Shown here piece after piece: positions 45,839-56,349 of a stretch of DNA of 64,000 nt (its first letter is position 1; the number at the start of each line of letters is the position of its first letter). The translations under genes and the position numbers were made by a program. Under the pieces are notes generated by a model. That model worked only from the letters and a program-made list of their open reading frames with translations. It was not told where the DNA came from and did not search any database. This DNA comes from Adineta vaga (Eukaryota > Animalia > Rotifera), in NCBI GenBank assembly GCA_021613535.1, contig CP075494.1:6510001-6574000 (forward strand). The letters are read 5' to 3'.

Positions 45839-48800
45839 ATGAAACAGGCATGTGAATCAAAGATTTTTTATTAATTAAATTAATGAATAACTCATTTTTA
45901 TTTTACAGGTTCATTTGAAACTGTTATTGTGTTTTTTATTGGCAACTAGTGCCACTGCCCAAATGAACAGTAATAGACAAATTCATATATAATATCATTT
46001 TAGGAGTTTCTCTTTTATCTGCTTTTCATTAGGTATGTTTGGCGGTTTTCCTACAAGTAATTCATTAGGTCAACAATTCGGTGCGGGTGCCGGAAGTTTT
46101 GGTGGTGTGGGAGGTTTAAGTGGTATGGGAGGATTAGGTGGTATGGGAGGTATGGGAGGTTTAGGTGGTATGGGAGGAATGAACGGTTTTGGTGGTTTCG
46201 GTAACGGCGGACAATTTCAACAGCCAAATGCTGCATCAGCTTGGTCAGGTTTTGGACAAACTGGTTTTGGTCAACAGCCAGCTCAACAACCAGCTCAACC
46301 TGCTGTCGATCAAACTAGTGCCGTCCAACAACCAGCTGCAGCTCCAGTCAGTCAACAAGCAGCACCAGCTGAAGATTTTTCGGCATCAGCTGCCTCAGTT
46401 AGAACTGTACAAAATGATAATTCAGGTAGCAGTGGTTATGGTGGCTCATCATATGGTAAAAGCAGTGGTTACGGTGGTTCATCATACGGTAACAACAATA
46501 ACTACGGTGGTTCGTCATATGGTAATAACAACAACTACGGTGGTTCATCATATGGTAATAACAACAACAACTATGGTTCATCTTATTCTGAACCAACTTA
46601 TGGTCAACCCTATGGTATTCAATCTACAGGCGAATATACAACCTATTATCCAGAAAAACTCGATCTCTCTCGATGCGGACCAAGTAACATTTAATAAACA
46701 ACTGAATATACATATATATATTTATGACTTTATTCTCTTCTTTCTTTCAGCGCCAACCGAAAATCCATGCACAGCTTATGGCCCACAATATTATCCATTA
46801 CCTGGTTACCCACATTGTTATATTCAATGTGCATTTGAACGAATGTTCGTTAAACCATGCCCAGCTAATCTTGTATGGAATACTCGTATAAATGTTTGCG
46901 ACTGGCCAACAGTTGCTCCTGCTGGTGGTTATGATAATTATGGCACAACATCATATGGAAATAGTGGAAGTAGTGGAAATAGTTATGGTTCATCATCACC
47001 ATCATCATATGGTGGTGCATCTACTTATTCTTACGGACGAAAGAAACGATCAACAACTGAACGCAAGAAACGCGGAGGTTATGGTGACAGTTATGGTAAC
47101 GGTGGAAGAAGCAGCGGTGGTTATGGTGACAGCTATGGTAACGGTGGAAGAAGCAGCGGTGGTTATGGTGACAGCTATGGTAATAGTGGAAAGCATAACA
47201 GTGGTTATCGATCAAATCGTGACAGAGGATATGGTGGTTCGAAAAAGAAACATGGTTATGGTGGTTTTCCTGGCATGTTCGGAGGACCTTTTCCATTTCC
47301 ACCTCTTCCACTTGGTAAATATAATCATTTTGAATTTTCTATTATAAATTGTAATTCTCTATTATTTTAGGTCTACCATTAGCTCCATTTGCATTACCAG
47401 GTCCAGTTGGTTTTCCAGGTTTAGTCGGATTACCAGGTCTCCCACCTCCATTTGGTATTCCTCCACCAATGTAAGTTATATAGACTGCAACTATTTTAAA
47501 TTATAATTCTGATAAATTCTACAGTCCACCCATCGGCGGAGCTCCAATCGCTCCACCACCAGTTGGTGGTCCGGTTCCAGCTCCAGCTCCAGCTCCAGCT
47601 CCAGCTCCAGCTGCTGCTGCAGCTCCACCTCCAGCTAAAGCTGGTCCAGCTCCATCTTATGGTGGTGGTGGTTCATACGGTGGTTCATATGGTGGTTCAT
47701 ATGGTGCTCCTGCTAAAGCTGCTCCAGCTCCCGCTCCCGCTCCAGCTCCAGCTCCAGCTCCAGCTGCTGCACCAGTTGCTGCAGCCGGTCCAGTTGCAGG
47801 TGGTGTCCCTCCACCTGTTGGCGGTATTGCTCCAGGAATAGTTCCGTAAATTTCCAATACATTTATATATAGAGATATAGAATTTGTGATATCATTCGAT
47901 TTTAGACCACCTATACTTCCACCACCAATCATTCCACCCATCGGTCCATTTATTCCACCAATGCCTGTTCCTGTATCTGCTACATTAAGTATGTTTTCAT
48001 TGATACATTTGACTTTATTATTTTCATTTCTCTTACGATTAGTCCCTGGTCCATTGTTTCCATTTGGTCCTCCATTTGGTGGTCCGTTCGGTGGTCCAAT
48101 TGGTGGCCCATTTGGTGGTCCTTTCGGTGGTCCACTTGGTGGTCCACTTGGTGGCCCATTCGGTGGTCCGTTTGGTGGTCCAATTGGCGGTCCGATTGGT
48201 GGCCCATTTGGTGGTCCGTTCGGTGGTCCAATTGGTGGTCCAATCGGTGGTCCATTCGGTGGTCCATTCGGTGGTCCAATTGGTGGCCCATTCGGTGGTC
48301 CATTTGGCGGTCCATTCGGTGATTTTGGCTTCGATCCATTTTTAGGTGGTGGTTATGCTGATCCATTATTCGGTTTCGATCCATTCTTCGATGGACCATT
48401 TGGTGTTGATCCATTATTTGATGGCCCATTTGGTTTTGATGCTGGGTAGGAGTTCTTTCATACAATAAAGTTTTTCTTTTTTTATGATGTCTTTTACTAA
48501 ATCTTTTCTTTTCCTATAGTTTCGATGGATATCCATTCGATGACTATCTTTATGATGATTTCAATGCTTAGTAAGTACATCCAGATCCTCGATTACATAG
48601 TTAATCCTTTAATGTAATTTTTCTGCGGTTTTTAGTGGCAAACCATATGGTAAAAATTACGACAAAGGTTATAAAAAATACGGTAAAAGTGGTTATGATA
48701 AGAAATATTCGTAAGTTGATTGTTTCCTGCCTTCCAAGAATTAATCATATCAAATTTTTTCTTATATATAGTTCATATGATGACTATGATTATCCAAAGA

Positions 48801-50385
48801 AATCGGATTACAGCAAGTGAGTAAATATTATTTAGATAATAACATATTTCAATTCTTCTTGTTCTCTAGAAATGGTAACTTCAAAGCTTATGGAGGTAAA
48901 AGTAAATACACCAACAACAAATATAACGACAACTACAACTCTGATAAATATAATAAAAACTCTAAATATGATGATAAATATAACTCAAACGATGACTCGT
49001 ATGACTATCGTAAGAAACGTCAATATGATGCAACTGAAGAACAAGTACAACCAGCTGTTGTAATTCCACAAGAAGATAAATATCAAAAATCTTTTGTTCC
49101 AGCTTCAGCTTCATCCTATGGTTCAATACAACAACAACCCCGTTTAATTGCAGCAAAACAACGTAAAGTTCACTTTTGAAATTCTGCCATCTATTATCGA
49201 ACTTATCGTCTTTCATTTTTTATTTAGCATCACCATGCACTGGTAAAGAACCAAAAACCAATGTTGCACATCCAACAGATGCTAGCAAATATATTGCATG
49301 TTTAAAAGAAGACAATTATGAAATTATGGATTGTCCAAATGATCTTATCTATAATGCTGCTGCTGATCAATGTGAAAAAATAAAAAATACTGAAAGTCTT
49401 TGTGAACGTGATCAACCATGTATGAATGATGGTCAATGTCATCAAACAAGTCCGTCATCATACAAATGTACTTGCCGTGCAGCATGGACAGGTGAACGAT
49501 GTGAAATTCCTCTTTCATCTTGTGCTGCTGATCCATGTGGTCAAGGTAATGAATGTCATACATTAAAAACCAAGGATTATGCTCAAGATTTCGTTTGTGT
49601 TTGTGATGGACGTCAATCATATGGTTTAAGTTGCGGACGAAATACCGTTCCAAATCCATGTTTAGCTGCATCATCTGAACAAGAACAATATTATCCATTT
49701 GCATTCAGTGCACAAGCTTTTGTTCAATGTAATGGTGATTTACTTTATGTTCGTCCATGTGCCGAAGGTTTATACTGGAATCAAGAAAACAAAATCTGTG
49801 ATCGAATTGAAACATCACCAGCTCCACCAGCTTTAGATCAAACTCCATCATATCAAGTTACTTATGGTAGCCAACAAACACAACAACCAGCTTATAGCCG
49901 CCCAACAGCTAGTTTTGCTGATCAAGCTCCAATTCAACAAAAAACTTACCAACAACAAACATTCCAACCAAAAACAATTCAATTCAATAATCAAGGGTAC
50001 AAAATGAAAATATTCGTTTTTCAACAGCTATACATTTGATTTTGTTTTATTTAGTTCATCATCATCGTACGGATCAGCAAGAAACCAATATGCTGCACCA
50101 CAACCATTACTTTTCAAATCCTTCCAAACAGTTAATCGTAACTATCAATCACAACCAAAAGCTATTAACAGTTATGGATCAGTTCAAGAAAAAGAACAAC
50201 AACCAATTCCAGTTATTCGATCATCTTGGACACCAACAATGATTCGATCATCACCTGTTGTTAATACAAATCAACAATACGGCTCATACAATCAACAACC
50301 AGTTCGATCTTTCACACGTGTATTTCAACCTGAACCATCTAGAAATTTAAACCGTGAATTATCAGGATCAGGTTATCGTCGATAA
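45839..50385 (+). CDS. Secreted ~1250-aa repetitive structural polyprotein: signal peptide, Gly/Met/Tyr/Pro-rich blocks, 3 chitin-binding type-2 (CBM14-like) domains, 2 EGF-like domains, 3 RKKR sites
   Basis: 14 exons join in phase without stops when spliced by hand. Starts MKQVHLKLLLCFLLATSATA|Q. CBM14-like C..YIQC..PCPANLVWN..CDWP, HPTDASKYIAC..CPNDLIYN..C and AFVQC..PCAEGLYWN..ICD. EGF CMNDGQC..CTCRAAWTGERC. Ends SGSGYRR*. Confidence 0.88.
46435..46583 (+). repeat. Coding tandem repeat YGGSSYG(K/N..)
   Basis: About four units, ~33 nt each, encoding YGGSSYGNNNN-like peptides. Confidence 0.85.
47074..47184 (+). repeat. Coding 42-nt tandem repeat GGYGDSYGNGGRSS
   Basis: Two full copies plus a partial third, near-identical at DNA level. 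Confidence 0.9.
47576..47764 (+). repeat. (CCAGCT)n Pro-Ala tracts flanking a GGSY block
   Basis: Two (PA)n runs separated by YGGGGSYGGSYGGSYG. Confidence 0.85.
48078..48317 (+). repeat. 20 x GGP[F/I/L] 12-nt coding repeat
   Basis: Counted from the translation; codons vary synonymously between units. Confidence 0.92.
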
Positions 50386-51478
50386 GATAATCATGTGTAT
50401 AATATGATCGATTTGTTTTTTGTTTCGTGATATGTTTGTGTGCCATATCGATCTTTTCCTTTTACCTGTTTTTATATCTTGACTTATATTCATTTTCGCT
50501 TTCCTTCTCTTCTCTCTCTTATCTATTCGTTTTAGCTTTATTTTATTTGTTTACGAACTGCATATCTGATGCAAATGAACGTTTTATTTAAAAACGAATA
50601 AAATGCATCAAAGTTTTGAATAGATTTTTTCTTTACATATTATATAACGATAATATTCAATGTCTCAAAGCAATTAACACAAACGTAAAGGTAATGATAA
50701 TTAGAACAGAGAATCAGTTATCTTTCTTAATTATATTTAAAATATCTTCATGTCAAATGTCATCTGGCTAATAATTATATAATTATTATTTGAAAACAGC
50801 TATTTATTATCGAAATGTTATTTAAAAACAATCGGACAGTTATTCGTTGAGTCAGTGGAAACATATGTATACATGTTTGTTTCGATACAATTTTAACTAA
50901 AATTGGTTTCTCCTGTTCCAGAAAAACCTATAAAAATGATTCATTTTACTGTCACAACCTATATACGTCTACATTATGATGCGCTTTGATTGATATGTAA
51001 TAGCACTCAATATGAATCATCAAAAATTCAACATGAAAGAAGTAGAATGATATGAATTCAACTAATTCAATTATTTGTATTTATTTAAATAAACTGTTGG
51101 ATTTCGTTTGTATTTTCATGCTATCGTATTATGAATATGATTAATTAGTTCGAAATTAAGTAAATGCACGCATGACTGAAGGTAAAAATTATTGCAAATA
51201 CTTTTCAATCATGTTTGATTATAAGCATCTCTTTTTTTTGCTCTCTTCTCTCTCTCTCTCTTCTTCTTCTTCTTCTTTTTCTCGTGTTCTGCTCGATTGA
51301 ATGCGCCTTCTCATTTGTAAGAATACAAAATATCACTAGTCGATGAAAATGAGTATAAAACCTTGATCAATTACTTCTATTTGAATACAATAAGCTATTA
51401 TCTGTCTACTCTTTCCCTTCTCCCATCTCGCTCTCGCACGTCAATAACGTCCCTAGCTGCTTTTTTACTCCAAAATTG

Positions 51479-52483
51479 ATGTCTTTCTTTCGCCAAATAT
51501 TCGGTAGAGATCAACCAAGTGATAATCTACGTATTATTATAACAAGACATGGTGAACGAGCTGATTTAACATTAGGAAAACAGTGGTTAAATAAGTTGGC
51601 ACGCAATGGTGGTGATCCTCGAATACCGCATTTAGCACAACGACCACAATTTCGTGATTGGTATTATGATTCACCATTAACAGTTGATGGAGAACGTCAA
51701 AGCGCAAATGTTGGTCACAGATTACTTCAGATGGGTTATCGTATTGATTATTGTTATTCATCACCTGCCTATCGATCCGTACAAACAGCAACAAAAATCC
51801 TTGAAAGTCAAGGGCAGAAAGCCGTACCGATCAATATCGAACCCGGTAGATAAATAAAAACAATTTGTGTTATTTGTATAATAAATATTTAATTAACTTT
51901 TTTCTTTATCATCGAAGGTCTCTTTGAATGTCCAGCTTGGTATGCAGGTAGACCTTTAGTATTCGTTCCACCAGAATACCTAGCTGCAGATAAAAATTTC
52001 AATGTTAATCCTAGTTATGCACCTGTCTATAGTGGTGTTGATGCAAGCGAAGATGAACGAGCATATTATCGACGATCTCGACATCTTATTCGTGAAATTA
52101 TTCGTGCACATAAAGGCCAAGGAGGAACTGTATTGTTATCAGCACATGGTGGTTCTATAGAAGCAGTATCACGTGGTTTACGTGGATTACGTCAACGACG
52201 TGGAAGACCTGAACATCTAATTCAAGAAGCATTAAGAGTTGATTATAATAATTTTGCTATTTTAGAACGTGATGCACGTACACGAGATTGGATTGTTCGA
52301 TTACCAGAATCATACAATAATCCTTATGGAGCCCATTTAACTCGACAAAGTGTCATTCCACTCTATGGTATAGCTACAGAACATATTACTCACCAAACAA
52401 TGGGACATTTACGACCGCAAGCAACGCGTTCAGCACGTCGTCGTCAGCAAAGTCGTCATCAACATCATCGTCATCATCGTTAA
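51479..52483 (+). CDS. Histidine phosphatase (PGAM superfamily), Sts/UBASH3 / ecdysteroid-phosphate-phosphatase-like, standalone domain
   Basis: TRHGERAD, DSPLT, YSSPAYRSVQTA, IEPGLFE, LLSAHGGSI. One intron at about 51846-51917. Confidence 0.88.
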
Positions 52484-52756
52484 TAATCATTTAGTAAAAT
52501 TGTTTATTTTCTCATATATCTGTTACAGAAGATTTTTTGCGAAAAAGAACACACTTATAGCTTAAAATTTAAAAAAAAGATAAGAAAAGAACGAAACAGT
52601 GACATAACTATATAATGAACGACGCTAATACTCTTATAAATGCAATTGACTTGACTGAATGAATTTGTCTACTGATCAAACGATAAATATGTATACAAAA
52701 GAAGAACAACATGAAATGACTGTTCTAAACAGTAGGAAAGAAAATTTGTCAACTTG

Positions 52757-53753
52757 TTACATTTTTGTATCTTCAATATCTTGATCGCTGTTGTGTGCCA
52801 ATTCGTAATGACTTCGTTCGTTATGAATATGTGCATGATTAGCACCTTGAGCGATCATAATGAAAATCTAAACATAAAAGAGAAAAAAAAGTAATTCTTT
52901 ATGAATAATAGATATAATTATAATCCTACCAAACTAATTATAATCAAAATCGATGAAGCTGTTGTAACAATACTTAAACTAAAATAATCATGGTATGACT
53001 AAAAAACAATAGGGCATGATTCATTATAGAAAAAAGAAGAATATTTGTCAATATTTACGGGTTGACAAATATCTGCAAGTTTAAAATGTGCAGGTTTTTC
53101 ATCGAATCGATGTGCATATTGATTGATTTCATTCAAAACTGAAAGGAACGAATTCAATTTTATAGGAATCATCAAATCGAATCTCGTCTTTCACTTACTA
53201 TTGACAAAACTACCTCCTGCTGTACCATATCGATTACTGCATACGACGAAAGAAACATAAAAAAGTCCATAAAATGGAAGAAATGTAAGACAAGCGATGC
53301 CAAACCATGAGATTGTTAATAAAAATGTAATTAATAAAAACTAAATAGATCAAATTTCAATTCGTTTTAAATATCAAATCTTTATCAATTGAACTTACAA
53401 AACCGTTCAATATGCGAGCACAGATATTTTTTCTATAACCCCAAAAATTCTTTTTACTTGCTTTACCACTGAATACACTTGCTAAGAAGACTGAACATAA
53501 GCCAAAAAGAAATGTTATGGTAACACCACAACCAACAACAAGTCGACTGAGTTGTAAACTAAAGCATTTAATCATCATTCAGTTATTCTTTTTTTTTCTT
53601 CTTTCATCTGTCAACTTACCACTGGTGACATGACCATTTTCCACTAAATTGAACTTTATATAACGTATAAATGGTTGACATTGTGAATAGAACACATCCA
53701 ATCATGAGAAGTAGAAATGAAACTAATGATGGATACGGTGTTTTATAGATCAT
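52757..53753 (-). CDS. Myelin proteolipid protein / M6 family four-TM protein
   Basis: 6 exons. PYPSLVSFLLLMIGCVLF (cf. PLP/M6 PYASLVAT), SGKASKKNFWGYRKNICARILNGFFLLITFLLTISW, C..C loop, LIFIMIAQGANHAHI (cf. LSANWAYV). Largely missed by the ORF track. Confidence 0.72.
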
Positions 53754-55930
53754 GATGAATAAATTGAGTTTTCTTATAAATCTGAAAAAAAAGAAAGAGC
53801 TGATATTTATTTATTTTCTTTTCAACATAGTTAGCGTTGTGATACTAAACATTGCTGAAAGGATAATGAAACACTTCGCTTTTGATTGCATAATGGCAAT
53901 ATGATGATGGGTGAATGTTATTGAAGGGAAAAAAGCGAGCAGAAAAAGAAAGATTATTCTACAATTGATAGACACACACATGCACATACATAGACACGTA
54001 ATCAGTATCACCGTTAAGTATTACGCAAAGGAAAAAGAAACGAGAATAAGAAAAAAAGAAATACAGGAAAATCGCGACTAATTTTCAAAAATCAGTCTTT
54101 TTTCATCTGTTGCTCAATTTTTTTTCTTTTTATGATCGCGCATGCACTTCAAACAAATTCAATCGTTCTCTGTTGGGAATGATCGTATTCACAGTGGGTG
54201 ACGATGTTAGTGCATGCTAAATAACTATGCATAGATCATAGCAATTGTGATGTAATCTTCTTCTATCCGTTCCATTCATCGGCGAGAATGGCTGCACACA
54301 CACACACATATGACATTGATTTATAACTAACTGATTTGTATTCAGAAACAAATGAAATAGTATCTATAGTATTAGAATGATTATCCACCTGCATAAACTG
54401 ATGAATTAAACAAGAACAAGAAACATGGAGTATTTATGAACGATTGAATAACACAGCTTATTAGATGATGTTTAGTAAAAACAAAAAATATGATATTTTC
54501 TACATATACGCATTCTAGTAGAAAAGAAAGACATTCATTTTTTTTCCATAAATTAATAACTGGTTAGTGCTATGATAACGACCAAGGTCATATATATGCA
54601 TGTACAAAGAGAGAGAGAGAGAGGGAAAAGGCCAATACCCACAAGGTTATTTCCCATTTGTTTTTTTATCATTCAATATCGACAAATCATTAGTTAACCT
54701 TACATGAGACTTCAAATCATTTTACATATAAGAAATCTATACTTACCAAGACTTTATGATGATAATGATCTTGTTTTGATATACAAAAAAACATTCTAAA
54801 TAGAACTGATAAAAAAAAGAAATGATATTACTCCAATATCTCATATTACGATCAAACATCGATATGGATGTAAATATCACGTAAAATTAAAATTTAATAG
54901 AACATGCTCGTGAAAGAAAGAAGTCTTCTGATGAAATGATTGATGACATATGTGTTTCAGAAAGTTATGTAAACAGAATTGGTAGCGACTGTTCAGAGTA
55001 TGTTAAATTGATGTCTATCTATTGGAAAAATCTCGGAGAAAATTATCCGTCTCGCTACATTCATGCGTCGTCTTTTGTTCAGCAATGATAAAAAGAGACA
55101 TGAACATAAAACCATAATTAGGCGAATTATCGATAGGATAATCGAACAGTGTCTGCACTTCTTACTTGTTAATCATCGACTATTAGAAATTTCTTTTCCA
55201 TTTGAATGAAGATGAATGAAACTACTTATTCATTCAGTATTCGAAAAAAAGAAAGAAATCTCCCTATAATTTTATGATATTTACATTAACAAGAATAATA
55301 GAAGTAAGCATGAGTATCCGATTCAAATGTTTTAATAGTGTTAACCTTCGGCCTCATCTGACACTTACTTACTTGCTTCTTTTTCTACATACATTACATA
55401 CGTCTATTCACTGTAACAAAAAAAGGACCTCAATACTTTATTCAGCTTCTTTTTATATGTTCTGGTTAATGCGGTGAACTTTTTTTCTTTCTTCTTTCCG
55501 TTCTATCTAGAGAGAAAGAGAGAAAAAGCAGCCAATAGTTCCGTCAACAGTTATACATATGGTTATAGTATGATCTAATTTTTCTTGCTCTTTCTATATG
55601 CGTTAACTTTGCATGAGAAAGAGGAAATGACTATTTGTTTTTGATTCTAGATTATCTTTTGAATAAGCATAGAAGATTTCATGAAGTATATGGTTGTTTT
55701 ATTCGGTTAAATAAAGATGCAAAAAGAAAAGTAAATGAATCAAATGATAAAATAGAGATGGTACATCTATACGCATGCCAGAAGAAGAAAACATATTTCT
55801 ATACTAAACAAAGAGAAAGTGAAACGCGAACAATTTCCTATGTAGCAAAGATTTAACCTACGTAAAAGAAACATAAAAATAAAAATAAAAACAAATAACC
55901 GAGATGAAATCCGTCTCTTCACATAAGCAC

Positions 55931-55961
55931 ATATATATGTATATATATATATATATATATA
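55931..55961. repeat. (TA)n microsatellite
   Basis: Interrupted AT dinucleotide run; similar shorter runs at ~1958, ~5115, ~31364 and ~56200. Confidence 0.8.
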
Positions 55962-56349
55962 ATTAACGGAATAAAAATTAATGCTTCTGCTTTTTTTTCT
56001 TACTCATTCTACAGAAGCATTTTTTTCGACAGCTTCAAGTCTACTAAGGAGAAAATAAAACGAACAAGTCATGCACATTTACTTATACAGGAATAATTAC
56101 GCCTATCTAGATTTAAATAAAACAAAATAGTATTTACAGACAAGCTTTCCTACACACACAAATAATGATGCACTTTCACTGTTCATTCCAACGAGTAAAA
56201 TATATAAATATATATATATATATGTATGTATGTATAATATGAATACGTAGATAAAAAGGATTGACCTAGAGGTTCGAAAATAAAACTATTATCAGAAGAA
56301 TAAATAAAAATTTCAATATCTAATAGGATAGCTAATTAAAAATGAAAGT

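Noticed and set aside
46189-46750. N-terminal half of the 393-aa ORF (MVVSVTAD.., VVHHMVITTTT)
   Set aside because: Off-frame reading of exon 3 plus an intron; only 46751-47314 of this ORF is the real frame.
47074-47184. 42-nt direct repeats as a possible CRISPR array
   Set aside because: No spacers, in-frame coding, eukaryotic context and no cas genes.
47657-47941. Minus-strand ORF with silk-fibroin-like GAGAGAGA and YEPP repeats
   Set aside because: Antisense shadow of the (CCAGCT)n Pro-Ala and GGSY exon of the polyprotein; it runs through + strand introns.
47980-48465. MDHR/LDHQ repeat ORF (-) and VVHSVV ORF (+)
   Set aside because: Alternative-frame readings of the GGP[FIL] repeat; only the GGP frame fits the flanking splice phases.
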